A stretch of DNA of 64,000 nucleotides, from positions 2,112,001 through 2,176,000 of the forward strand of contig CM000155.2 in NCBI GenBank assembly GCA_000004695.1, written 5' to 3'. Source of the stretch: Dictyostelium discoideum (Eukaryota). Below the pieces are notes generated by a model, which worked only from the letters and a program-made list of their open reading frames with translations, ran no database searches and was not told the origin of the DNA. Shown here one piece after another: positions 34,988 to 50,982 of this stretch. Position 1 is the first letter of the stretch. Every line of letters starts with the position of its first letter. The position numbers and the translations under genes were made by a program.

Positions 34988-36603
34988 TTAAATAAATAAA
35001 ATTATTAAATTAAAAATTAAAGTTATCAATGATAAATTGAAACAAGTTGTAGAATAAATAATTGAAAAACCAAAACTACTATCTTCAGCTTCATGGAAAG
35101 GTGGTACAAAATGAGCAGCCATAATTTTACCAATATAAAGTGAACCTTGATGTTCAGGAACATTGGTTTTAAAAGATAAACTTGTGATCATGGCATTTTT
35201 AAAAGCAAATAAATCAGGGAAAGGAATTTGTAATTCAATCCAACGATTTGCAGGGAATTCACCACCAACATATTGAGTGATACCCATGCATGGTAGCTGG
35301 GCATTGATAGTTTCTTCACCTAAACAAATTGCAGCATTCAATTGCTTTGGAGGTATATTCCTTAGAATGTCTTCATTGGATTCAGTATTTTCTAAACCTG
35401 GGAATTGGTAATTTGGATCTGGCTCAAAGTAAAGATCAAATACAATACCGTCGTATAGGTTAGTATCCAATGTACCATTTTCTAGAGAGATCAATAGATT
35501 GTTAAAACTTGATACTTGGTATTCAATCGTTGGATAACCTTTGTAAAAGTTTGCACGACTTTTAAAATTAATATTACCACTACTATAGGTATTATTTGCA
35601 CCACCTTCAAATTCACCCTTATCATAGTAGATTATATTGGTTTTATTCTTTAAATCCATACAAACTGAACCATTTGAGAATTGAATATCATCCAAATAAA
35701 CCATATCCATAAATAAACTATTGGTACCCTGAATCATGAATCCATCGATTTTGGTGATGTTTGATGGATTAATTGGAATTTGGAGTAGTGGTATAATAAC
35801 TTTATACCAAACACCAGCTTCAATACCACCCAAAAGGTAATCACCAATATTGGCAATACCAACTCTCAATGAATTATAGGTTAGATAAAGTACCAATGAT
35901 TGTTTACCACTATTACCACCATTTAACCAAAACGATAGATATTTATGTCTTTTAATTGGTACGGTTTCATTAATATGAAGACGGAAATAATCAGAACCAC
36001 GATTCAATGCAAAACCAATACTATTACCAGTTCTAACAAATTGTGAACTTGGATTAATTACCAATGTATTTGATTTATCTTTCCAAAAGCCTTGAAAGGT
36101 ATCATTATAGATATCAACTGGTCTATAGCTTGTACAATTTGATGTGAAATATCCAATTGGTGAAGTTTTCCAATTAGTATAGAGTTCAGAATTTGTATCC
36201 TCTGATGATCCATTCAAACATGGTGCTGAAACATAGTTAAACAATGAAAGCTCTGCAAAAGTTGGTAATTTGGTTGATGAAATACTCTTTTCTTGATTAT
36301 TTGTTAATGATACATAATAGTTCATTGGTGGTACTGGAATTCTCGCACCACTACTTGCATAGGTTGCATCAATTTTATTCTTTAATAAAAGTTTATCAAA
36401 ATACCAAGAAATACCAGTTGTTGTATAAATAAATGTATAATTATGGAATAATGTAAAATCTGCACCTGGTAATGGTTCTATAAATTGTACTAATACTCCA
36501 AAATATGTATATCCATAATATAAATTGGTTGAATTACCATTAATTTTAAAAAATATATCAGAATATTGACCTTTACCACCTGATGCGATATATGCTTTTG
36601 TAA

Positions 36604-36637
<34 letters not shown>

Positions 36638-38004
36638 AACCATTAATATTTTAAATTATAATAAATAGTTTTTTTTTTTTTTAAAAAAAAAAAAAACTTA
36701 CTTGAATTTGTTGCAGGAGAAGGAACTAAATTAAAAGTATAAGTACCATATGACAATTTTTGGGTTGATTCAACTTCAGCGCAAGTATAACTATTATTAA
36801 GACATTTTGAAGGGCAACCTTTATTATCAAGAGTGAGTCTCATTACATTTTTAGTACCAGATTGTGTATATTGAACATTTTCACTTAATAAAGTACAAGA
36901 ATATGGATTATTTGCAATTGATGAAATTGAACCAATGAAATTACCATCAGTTGACATTGTATCAGTTACATCTTCAGAACAAGTTATTTTACCAGATGTT
37001 GCAAGTGATGATGATGATGATGAAAGTAAAGGATCAACTTCATCTGATAATTCTTGGGTTGTGATACTCTCTGAAATTTCATTTTCATCAGATGATGACG
37101 ATGTTGATTTCTTTGGTGGTTTTATTTTTGTTTTTTCATCACCTGAAACACTAAATGAATCTAAAGAATCCAATGGTAATGTTGATGATGAATCTTGGTC
37201 CAATGATGAATCTTTAATCTTTGGGATTGAAGAAATTGTTGCTGTAGTTTTTGTTGGTGTTAAAGTTTTCTTTGGTACTAATGTAGCTTTTCCAGTTGTT
37301 GTAGATGATAAAGTAGTTGGTAATTTTGATTTTGATGTTGTTGCAACTCCAGTGGTGGTTGTTGACTTTGCCTTTGAAGTTGTGCCAGTGGTAGAGGCTG
37401 TAGAAGTAGTAGTGGCAGTAGTAGTGGTTGCTGTTGACTTTACCTTGGAAGTTGTTGTATCAGTTAAAGTTGTTTCAGGAACTACTTTTGAAGTTAAAGA
37501 TTTGGTAGTTGTAAGTTTAGTTGCTGGTTTACTAATTGATGGTTCTTTAGTTGTTGAAGTTGTACTGAATTTAATTGTTGGTGGTAATTCAGTTGGAGCT
37601 TTAGTTGAAATTTTTGTTACCTTTGTTGGTGGTGGTGGTGTTGTTAGTTTTGGTTTTGTTGTAGTCTTGGGTTTAGTAGTTATTGATGGCTTTGTGGTTG
37701 TGGTTTTTGGTTTAGTTGTCACTTTAGGTTTTGGTGATGGTTTTTGAGTCGGCTTTGGCTCAGAAGTATCAATTGAAGGAATAATTTTTGGATCCATTGT
37801 ATCTGGTGGTGGTGGTAACGAATCTGAATGTTGTTCAATCTCTTCTCCAACCCCTTCACCAAATAAATTGTCACCAACCGGTGGTGATATATTTTCATTT
37901 GTATCATATAATTCTAATTCATAAGATTTTACATTACCATTTGATGATAATAATAAAAATATTAATAAATAATATATTATAAATATTCTAAATTTTATTT
38001 TCAT
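34988..38004 (-). CDS. Secreted Thr/Pro/Ser-rich mucin-like glycoprotein with about 550-aa conserved C-terminal domain and hydrophobic C-terminal (GPI-like) tail; paralogue 1
   Basis: Exons 36702..38004 (signal peptide MKIKFRIFIIYYLLIFLLLSSNG; TTKPK/TTTAT repeats; Cys module GKITCSEDV..CPSKCLNNSYTCAEVESTQKLSYGTYTFNLVPSPATNS; donor GTAAGT, phase 1) and 34988..36603 (acceptor tttttag; ITKAYIASGGKGQYSDIFFKINGN...; many N-glycosylation sequons; ends ..CFNLSLITLIFNLIILFI). Track ORFs 36643..38004 and 34988..36643 are the two exons read through the intron. Confidence 0.7.
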
Positions 38005-39109
38005 TTTTTTTTTTTTTTTTTTTCTTCTTTCTTTTTTTTTTTTTTCAATTGTTTATCTTTATTTTATCTATCTATATTCTAATAATAATAAAAAAATAGT
38101 TAAACAAAGTGAATAAAAAAAAATGTAGATTCAAAAATATTATATATACCTTAACAATTTATATTTTATCGGAATTTTATATTTATTAAAATTATAATTA
38201 TAAAAGATATAATTTATTTCTATGATATTTATAAAATAAAAAATTTTTTTTTTTTTTTTTTTTATTTAATTTATTTAAAAATTTTATTTTTAACATAAAA
38301 TAGAATTCAACTAATTATTTTTTTTTATTTATTATTATTATTTGTTTTAATAATAATAATATTAATAATAATTATAAAAAAACTAATAATCATAATCTGA
38401 AATGTAATTTACAAATTTTCAATAAATAAAGTAAAAAAAAAAAAGGACAACATGTTGTTAATAATAAAATGTTAAAATGCTTGGGGTAAGGATTTTAAAA
38501 ATGATGGTTATTATTTTAAAACATTAATTTTATTATTAATTTTTAAATTTAATAGTTAAAATAAATTTTTTTTTTTTTCCAATTTGTTGATTTACTAATT
38601 ACTTTTTATAACTACCAAAAAAATTCTTTAAAAGTTTATAACAATAAAACTAATTTTTAAAATGATGTTACAAATTGATTATTCCAAATAAATTTAAAGA
38701 TTTATTCAAAAAACAATAAAGTGTGGTTTTTTTTTTTTTATTTATTATTTTTATTTATATTTATATAGTATTTTATAAAAAAAACAATGCCCACAGATTT
38801 ACTTTTTACATGTTTTTTTAAAAAAAAAGAAAAATAATCATATATTTAATTTTTATTTTGAAAAAAATTATTTCTTGAAAAATATTAATAGATTTTTAAA
38901 GGGTGATTAAAATAAATTAAATTTTTATCTTTTTTTTATTTTATTTTTTTTTTCTACAAATTTCTTATGGTTTTTAATTAATTTAAAATACTATAAAATA
39001 ATATAAAATAATTTAATATAAAATAAAATAAAATAAAATAAAATAATTTTTTTAATTAAAAAAAATAATACAAATATATATGTTTTTTATTTATTTGTTT
39101 TTTTTTTGT

Positions 39110-41468
39110 TTAGATAAATAATAAAGAAATTATAAAAATTAATAATAATAAATAAATATTTGATAATAATTTGAAAGCGTTTGAACCATCCTCTAGTACT
39201 TTATATGGTGGTACAAAATTACCAGCAGAAATATCACCAATAAAGAAAACACCTTGGTGATCTTGTACTTGAGTTTGGAAAGTGATACTACTGATAAGAG
39301 CATTTGGATAAACTTGAAGATCAGAGAAAGGAATTAAAAGTTCAACCCATACTGCATTTGGAACTTGACCACCCAAGTATGGTGATAAACCAACACAAGG
39401 TAAATTACCAACCACTTGAACGGTAATACAAATTTGAAGATCTAAAAAGAAAGAGTTTGCAACTTCACTAGAGTCAATACTTGGATTTGGATTATTATAA
39501 GATTGATCATGAAGGAAGAAGAAATTCAATCTCAAAAGATCATATTGAGATGTATCGATTGTACCATTCATCATTGAGATGATTGCTTTGTAATTATTGT
39601 ATAATTGATACTCGATAGTTGGAAAACCTCTAAAAAGTTTACTAACGGATTTGAAATTTACATTACCAGTGTTATACTGATCGGAAGCACCATTTAATAA
39701 TTGACCAAGTTGATAGTATGGATATTCCGATGACTCTTCCATACAAACCGTACCATTTGAAAAGTAAAGATCATCCATATAGATTAGATCATAAAATTCA
39801 TTAGAGGCACCAGTGATTAAAATCCCATTGAATGTTTTAGTGGTTGATGGAGTGATAGTGATCTTTGAAAATGGTATAATCACTTTATACCAAGTTTGTG
39901 GTAATAAACTACCATGAATATATTCTCCAATATTTACTGAACCAATCTTTTTACCGGCAAGTGTTAAATAAACCACAAGATTTTGGTTACCCAATTGACC
40001 ACCATTGATCCAAAACATAATATATTTATTTTGTTTAATTGGTATAGCGGTTTGGTTATATTGAATCAATAGGTATTCAGCACCGGAATTCAAAGAGAAA
40101 CTAAATGCAGTACCAATTCTAGCATATTGACTTTGAGTACTTGAACTATTGATAAATTTAATGAGTGTATTACCACCAGCGTTCCAACCATCGTTAAAAC
40201 TATCATTAAAGATTGGTATTGGTCTATAGTTTGTGCAATTGGATGTAAAGAAATATAATAATGAATTCTCGTCATGCCAATTATTACCACCATCAGACGA
40301 ATCGGTACAAACACCAGCAGTATAATTAAATGAAATTATATCAGAATAAGTTGGTAAACTTGATGGAGAGATCTTTGTTTGTGGATTTGATGTAATTGAT
40401 GTATAATAAGTAAGTGGTGGAACTGGGAAAACTACACCATTATAAGCTGAACTATCAAATTTACCCAATAAAATACCATTGAAATAGAAACTAAGTTGAG
40501 TTTTACTAAAATCAAAAGAGTAGGTATTGGTACTACTAATTACAACACCTGTTAAATCTTTATAATAATTAACCTTTTGACCAAAATATGTATAACCATA
40601 ATTTACTCTTGTTGTATTACCAAAAATTTGGAAATAAATATCAGAATATTGACTATTGCCACCTGTACTTGCATATAATTTTGTAACTTTTAAAAAAAAA
40701 TAAAAAAAAAATTAATTAAATTAAAATTTGTTTTTTTTTTTTTTTTTTTTTTTTTTTATTAAAAATTAAATACTTACTAACATTTTTAATTGGTGAAACC
40801 TTTGCTATAAATGTGTAGGTACCATAATTTAAAGATGATTGTGCTTGAATTTCAGCACAAGAGTAAGAATGTGTCAAACAAGATGTTGGACAACCTGCAC
40901 TATCTAATATTAATCTTGCAACATTTGTTGTACCAGTACCAGATTTTGTGAATTTTACATTTGAACTTTGAAGATAACAATCATATGGATCATTTGATGA
41001 TGATGAAACTGATTCTTGGAAATTACCAGAATTACTCATACTATCAAAAACATCAGTTGCACATGGATGTTCACCAGCTGATGATTCGGATGAGGATGAT
41101 GTTACTTCAGATGATGATGATGATGATGATGTTGATGATGGTGTTGGTGTTACAGGTTTTTTAGTTGGTGTTGCAGTTGGAGTTGTTTCATTCGATGAAG
41201 ATGATGATGATGGTGCTCCTGTAGTTGATGTTGATGCTCCTGTAGTTGATGTTGGTGCTCCTGTAGTTGTGGTTGATGCTGGTGATCCTGTAGTTGTGGT
41301 TGTTGTTGTTACCTTTGCTGTTGATGCTGCCGATGTCGTTGGTAGTGCAGTTGCTGTTGTTGTTGTTGTTGAAGTTGTTAAAGGGTCATCTGAAAGAGAT
41401 GGTTTTGCAAAACATAAAATTAAAAAAACTAAAAAACTATATAATATAATTTTTTTATATTCTTTCAT
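39110..41468 (-). CDS. Paralogue 2 of the mucin-like/GPI-like glycoprotein (shorter Thr/Ser-rich region)
   Basis: Exons 40778..41468 (MKEYKKIILYSFLVFLILCFAKPSLS..; Thr/Ser/Gly/Ala repeats; CATDV..CPTSCLTHSYSCAEIQAQSSLNYGTYTFIAKVSPIKNV; donor GTAAGT, phase 1) and 39110..40686 (ITKLYASTGGNSQYSDIYFQIFGN...LLLIFIISLLFI). The intron position and phase are identical to paralogue 1. The C-domains are about 45-50% identical. Confidence 0.7.
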
Positions 41469-42717
41469 TTTTATTTATTATTATATGAATATTTTTTAAA
41501 TATTCTAAAATTATTTTACAATATATTAGTTATTTTGCTATAAATAAAATTTTTAAATAATATTTATTAATATTTATTTTTTTTATTATTTTTATTATTA
41601 TTATTATTATTTTTTTTGAAAAAAATTAAATTATTATTGATAATAATAATAAATTTCCAAAAAGAATAAAAAAAAAAATAAAAAAATAAAAAATAATAAA
41701 ATTAAATAATTATTGTTTTTTTTTTTTTTAAAATAATTAACTGATCAAAATTATTAGAATAATAGAATAATAGATTAATACTTTTTTCTTTTTTAATTAA
41801 AAAAATTTTGGGTTTTTTTTTTTTTTTTTTTTTTTTTGGGGTAATGGTGGAAAAAAAAAAAAAAAAATTTTTTTTTTTTTTTTTTTTTTTTATTATTAAA
41901 ATTAAGGATAGGTTTAGGGGGTTTATTATTACTATATTATAAGGAGGGGGGTTGTTATTTAAATGATTTATAAGGCAATGATGTAATCCTTAAAACCAAT
42001 TTGAATAATTAAAAATTTCCAAGGAAAAAAAAAAAAATTAAAAAAAATAAAAATATAAAATTTTATTTAAATAAAATTAAATATTTAAATTTTAATTAAA
42101 AAAAAAAAAAAAAAAAAAAAAAAGCTGATATACATTTGAGGTTGAAATCAAATATAATGAATAAAAATAATTATATAATAAAAATAATTTTACCACTCAC
42201 AACATGGCAAATTTGTGTGTTATGTGTGTGAATTTGCATATATTTATTAGAAAAAAAAAAAAAACCTAACACACATGTTATAAAACACACCAAAGTTGGT
42301 TGGTTGGTGATAAACTATACATATTTTTTAAAAGGTTGGGGTATACATACATATATTCATCATGTGTTATATTTCCAATATAAAATTATAATTTTAAAAT
42401 AAATAAAAAAAAAATTAAAAAAAAAAAAAATTTAAAATTCTAAAAATAATTGTTTAAAAATAGAAAATATGATAGATGCTGAAAAAAAGATTTAAAAAAA
42501 AAAAAAAAAAAAAGGTGAAAAACTCACCTTTAAAACACCTTTTTTAGTTTATTCCATGATTATTGTTTTTATTTACAATTATATTTAGCATTGTTTTGTT
42601 TTGTTGTTGATTTTGTTATTGTTGTTGTGTGTTTGTGTAAATTTTTTTTTTTTGTGGTTTTTCTCTTATTTTTTTATTTTCTCTTTTTTTTTTTTTTTTC
42701 TTATTATAATAATTTTA

Positions 42718-44838
<2,121 letters not shown>

Positions 44839-45366
44839 TACTAATATATTTATATAATTTATTTGTTTGTTCTTTTATTTGTTGATATTACTTTTTTAAA
44901 AGAGAGAAAAAAAAAAAAAAAAAATGTATGATTTAATTTTGAACAATGAAATAATAAAATAAAATTTTTTTTGTTTTTATTTTTTTTTATATTTTTTTTT
45001 TCTATTTTTTTTTTTTTAAAAAAAAAAATTGTGTTTTTGGGAAATTCAAATAAAATTTAATTTTAGACGAAAAAAGAAAGAGGGAAAAGATTCAAAACGA
45101 GCCAAATCTAATTTTGAAAATTTAAATTATTTTTTTAATGTTGTTTACTTGAATTTATTTTTTTTTTTAAAAGTTTATTTTTTTTTTTTTTTTTTATGTA
45201 CATTTATACAATTTTTATTTGAAGGGAGAGAAAGAGTACATGAAAGGTAACTATTTCTTAAGTTCCTCTTGTTCTTCGTAGAATTCTTCTTCACCAGCCT
45301 GGATTTCATCGTTGATATCGCCCCAACCATATTGACCATGTCCATCTAAGAGGGAAAGAAGAGAGG

Positions 45367-45402
<36 letters not shown>

Positions 45403-45670
45403 TTAAATTTTATAATCCAAGAAAAAAAAAAAAAAAAAAAAAAATTATAATAACTTACTCTTCTTTTCAGTGCCTCTGTAAGCTGCACAAGATCTACGGT
45501 CTAATCTAACATTTTTGTCAACTTTTTCTGAAAGAACCATTTTGTATATATATTATTTATTATATTATATTATTTTATTTGTGAATATTTTCTTGTAATT
45601 GATTATATTTATTTGCTTTGCTAATTTTTTGCTGATATTTAATGAAAATGAAATTTATTGTTTTTATACC

Positions 45671-45720
<50 letters not shown>

Positions 45721-46125
45721 TGTATCAATATTAATGAAATTGTAATTAAATTTAATTTTTTTTATTTTTTTAAATATTTTAATTTTTTTTGAAATTTATA
45801 TTAAATTAATATTAATAGAAACAATTTCAATTGTATTCTTTAAATGGAAAAATGAGATTATTTTGATTTTTTGTTATTTTTTTTTAATTTTTTTTTAATT
45901 TTTTTTTTATTTTTTTTTAATTTTCATTTATTTTTTTTTTAATTTTAATTTAATTTATTTTTTTTTTCATTTTTATTTGAAAATACTCTTTTTGATAAAT
46001 ATCTATTGTATGAAATCCAAAAGAAAAAAAAAAAAAAAAAAAAAAAATCAAAAATTGCAAGTGTCTCGATTCATTTGATATTTTCTTGACAACAAATTAT
46101 TTTCACACCCCCAATTCACCTCAAA

Positions 46126-46161
<36 letters not shown>

Positions 46162-46758
46162 ACAAAAAAAAAAAAAAAAAAAAAAAAAAATTAAGGAAAA
46201 AAAAATGCAAACTTCTGTGCAACTGAACCTCATTAATTTTTTTATTTTTATATTTTTGGAAAAAAAAATATTTGGTGGTGTGGGTGTGTTAATAAAAAAA
46301 ATAAACATTTTTTGGTTGTTGGTATAATAATAACAATGATATTAGCAGTTTTAATTAATGGCTGTCAGTTACATTTATATCTTCTCAAATGCCCATTACA
46401 AGCAGATTGTTTGAATGGAGATAAATAAAAAATAATGCACAAATCATAATTTTGTCAAATTTTTTAAAAAATAAAAAATAATAAAAATAAAAAATATCAA
46501 AAATATCAAATAAAAAAATATCATTTTTTTTAAAAAAAAAAAAAAAAAAATAAATAAATAAATATAATAAAAAAAAAACAATGATGGACAAATATCAAAA
46601 TAAATTTATTTTCAATTTTTTTAAAATTTTTTTTTTTTTTATTTAAATAGTATTTATTTTTTTATTTACTAAAATTATATTTATTCAATACATATTTTTT
46701 ATGTACTATTTTTAATATAAAGATGTAATCTTTACAAAGGTTTTTCTGTTTACCAAAA

Positions 46759-46811
<53 letters not shown>

Positions 46812-46905
46812 TAGTATAAAATGTAAGTATTTATACATTAAGTAAGTAAATGTATTTTTGCTATTATTATTGTTATTGTTATTATTGTTATTGTTTTTTT
46901 TCTTT

Positions 46906-47252
46906 TTAAATATTATGTGAGGATGGAGAGGCAGAATCATTTTTAGTATCAACTTCGTTGTTGATTGGATTTGAAGTTATGGTTTTTCCTAATGAAGTTG
47001 GTAAATTGAAATATAATAAAATGGTAGTTGTTAAACCTATTCCACCAAATATCCAAAACATTGTTGATTGGCCCAAATACTCTACGACAACCAAAAAGAA
47101 GAATGATAAAATCAAATTGAAACACCACTGGAATGCATTAATAACTGGTGCACCAATACTTTTACTTTCTTCTGGTAAGATTTCATTAATTACAAACCAA
47201 AACTAAAAAATTAAAAATTAAATATATTGATATTAATAAATGTATATATATA

Positions 47253-47302
<50 letters not shown>

Positions 47303-47680
47303 TTTCAACTTACTAGTGTACCAATTGAAGCTTCAAAACCTGCAACGAAAATGAATAAGAAAACAATTGATGCCCATCCTTTTGCAGAACCATGTAATAC
47401 AACAAAGAATAATGCAATCAAAAGATCACAAACTGTCATGACAACTGAACCGGTGAATAACAAGAATCTTCTTCCAAGTCTATCAACAAATGAAATGGCA
47501 ATCAAAGTGGTTAATACATTCCAAACTTGTAATATAATGGCTGCAATTTCTGGTGCGTTTTTACCATCAATACCAGCATCAAGGAAAATTGTTGTTGAGA
47601 AATACATAAATGCATTAATACCAGTCTAATTTTTGAGAATTTATATATATATTTTTAAAAAAAAAAAAAATTTATTAGAT

Positions 47681-47724
<44 letters not shown>

Positions 47725-48137
47725 ATTTGATTTATATTTAAATAATGAATACTTACCAATTGAGCCAAAACAGCTAATAAAATACCAATCAACATTGGTT
47801 TTCTAGCGTTCTTTGCAAATATTACCGAGAAACCAGATTTTTTAACAGATCCTGAAGAAGCTGCATCACAATCTCCGCCTTTAGTAGTTAAATCTTCGTT
47901 TCCACTTGTAGATCTGACCAATTTCTTCTTTTGTTTTTCCAAGTAAACTGGTGATTCAGCAATAAATGCCCAAACAATGAATAGTAATCCTCCTGGAATA
48001 GCACCCAAGCAAAACATTAATTTCCATTCACCTGCAATTGCATATGCTAATATATTTGCAATTAAAATACCAACAGTAATAGAAATCTTTATGAAATGTA
48101 AATATAAATTATTATTATTAGTATGGTTAATAAAATA

Positions 48138-48169
<32 letters not shown>

Positions 48170-48623
48170 ATAAATAATAATTATACTTTACTTGAAAGAA
48201 TGAACCAAAGAAACCTCTTCTTTTTTCAGACACCATTTCAGAGACCATTAATGGACAAACTGATGAAGACGAACCAACACCTAAACCATGTATAAATCTA
48301 AGTATACAAATGGTTGCAACATTTGGACCGAATCCAGAACCAATGGCACCAGCAATAGTTGTAATGGCAGTGAATAAAAGTAATGGCTTTCTTCCGAATC
48401 TATCAGCAGCGAAACCACCAGCAAATGAACCAATCAATGCACCTAATAATATACTACATACAATTACACCTTGTAACGGAATTGATGCTCCAAATTTATC
48501 TGCAATTGGACCTCTTGCACCAACAATAATACCTGTTGCGTACCCAAATATTAAACCACCTAAACAACTTTGTGTTACAACTAACCAAGTTTTAGTTGAA
48601 ATACTATTTAATATTTCTGGCAT
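46906..48623 (-). CDS. MFS sugar (hexose/inositol) transporter, sugar-porter family
   Basis: Four exons: 48192..48623, 47757..48086, 47314..47625, 46906..47202 (donors GTAAAG, GTAAGT, GTAAGT; all phase 0). Motifs: GRKPLLLFTAI, PLMVSEMVSEKRRG (PESPR/PETKG region ESPVYLEKQ), AQLTGINAFMYFSTTIF, ILPEESKSIGAPVINAFQWCFNLILSFFF. The last intron carries a (TA)n run. Confidence 0.85.
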
Positions 48624-49070
48624 TCTAATTTATTATTATTATTATTATTATTATTGTTGATGTTGTGTTTGTAGTTTATTAATGATTTTTATTATTATTA
48701 ATATTATTATTATACTTGGGGTTTTTAAAATAAATAATAAAAAAAATTCTATAATATTTTTTTTCAGAATAAAAAAATAAAAAATAAATAAATAAATAAA
48801 TAAATAAAATATTAAAAAAAAAAAAAAAAAAAAAATTTTAAACTATCCTTTTTTTAATTTTTAATTTTTTTAATTATTATAATAAAAATAAAATTTGTTA
48901 ATTAATATATAGTAAATTTTAATTTTAATTTTTATTATGATTTAAAATTGAATGGAAATGTTTAAAAAAGTTAATTTTATTTTGGTTTTTATAACTATTT
49001 TTTAAAAAAATTAAAAATAAAAATAAAAATTAAAATATAATAAAATTTCTAAACAGATTGATTTTTTTTT

Positions 49071-49101
<31 letters not shown>

Positions 49102-50834
49102 GTTTTTAGGAATAAGTTAAAAATGCAAATGATATCATTGCTTTTACAAATATATACATATTATTATTAAATTATCCGTGGACGCAATATTTTGAAATAT
49201 ATCATAAACAAATAGTAAATAAGTTTTATTTAAAAAAAATCCAATGAATTATTTAAATATGATGGAATTGGAAAAAACAATTATTTTTGTGAATAAATAA
49301 AATTATAATAATACCCACACAAATCTAGTACCTAAAAATAATTAATAATTAGTTTTTTTTTTTTTTTTTAAAGATGATGATGATGAAAATAAATAATTAG
49401 TTTCTATTTTTAATTTTTTTTTTTTATTTTTATATTAAATTTTTTTTTTTTTTTTTTTTTTTTTTATTTTTATTTTTATTTTTATTTTTATTTTAATTTA
49501 AAAATTATTTTTAAAACAATTCAATTGAATGATTGAAATTTTACTCGTGTGTAAATAATTCGATTATAAAACTAAAAAAGAAAAAAATAATTTTGATCAC
49601 ACACTCTTTCAATAATGAATGATTACTTTTAATAATAAAAATAAAAAATAATCAATACTTTTTATAAAAACAAATCAATATTTAATTGTTGTAATTTTTT
49701 TTTTCAATGTAAAATAAAAAATAATAATGATATATATTATTTGTATATTAGAAGTTTATGAATAATTTATTTTTTTATTGATTAGTTGTATGTAATTATT
49801 TTTATTTTTTTATTTTTTTATTTTTTTTGGTTTTATTTGTGGGTGTTGGAGTGTGTGTGTGTGTGTGTAAAAATAAAGTGTGGGTGTTTTTTGTTTAATA
49901 TATATTTTGTTATACCCTAGGGTATAGTATGTATTTTTTTCGTATTAAATCTATAAATGATTGTGTTTTTTATCACTATGTTTGTATATAATTTGTGGTA
50001 AAGAGATAGTATGTAAATTTGGAAAAAAGGTGAGATAATATAAATTTAAATATATTTATATAAACAAGGGTGTGTATGTGTGTGTAAATTTAAAAACCAT
50101 TAAAGAAATTTAAAAATTTCTAAATTTCCCACCCTCCCCACATCCAAATGAAAAAAAAAAAAAAAAAATCAAATGTCATCATAACCCCATTTGAATATGT
50201 AATTGCCATTTAAATTTTATTATTATAATTTTATTTTATTATCATTATTTTTAAATTTAAATTTTTATACCTTTTATTAGAATTTTATTTTATTAAATAT
50301 AAAATCAATTTTATTTTTATTTCTATTAAGTATTTTAACTGTTTATATTTTTATTATTTTTAATTAAGAATAAGGAAAAAAAAAAAAGTTAAATTTATAG
50401 TTAAATATAATAATTATTTTTATTTTAATTTTTATTTTTTTTTTATTTTTTTTATTTTTATAAATAAAATTGATACATTTAGATTTGTGGTTATTTTTAT
50501 ATTTAAAATTTAAATATTCAATGGTTTTTACAAATAAAAAAAAAAAACCAATTATGATATTAAAAAAAAAAAAGATTTGAAGATTATATCTAATTATTAT
50601 AAAAGCTTATTATTAATATTTTTTTTTTAATTTTTTTCATTAATAGGTTAAATCCAATAATTATTTAATTTATTTCAAAATCTCAAATTTGACATTTGTA
50701 CACCTTTTTCAAGTAACTAATTATCGAATTTGAAAATATTGGTTTAATTTATTTTATAAAATCTAATGTCGGTAGTATTTTCTAATTTTTTTTTAAATTT
50801 TTATAATTAGATAAAATTATTTCAAAATAAATAG

Positions 50835-50883
<49 letters not shown>

Positions 50884-50938
50884 TACCGCCAAAACTATTT
50901 ATAATTTTTATTTTTTAAATGAAAAAAAGTCAGAAAAA

Positions 50939-50974
<36 letters not shown>

Positions 50975-50982
50975 AAACGGAA

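Noticed and set aside
36935-37982. Plus-strand ORFs 36935..37747, 37788..37982 and minus 37719..37907
   Set aside because: Antisense or alternate-frame reads of the Thr-rich repeat region of mucin-like paralogue 1 (Val/Gly-rich artefact).
48310-48660. ORF 48310..48660 (+), and 47240..47629 (+), 46958..47206 (+), 47977..48177 (+)
   Set aside because: Antisense to sugar-transporter exons. The transporter reading has family motifs; these do not.
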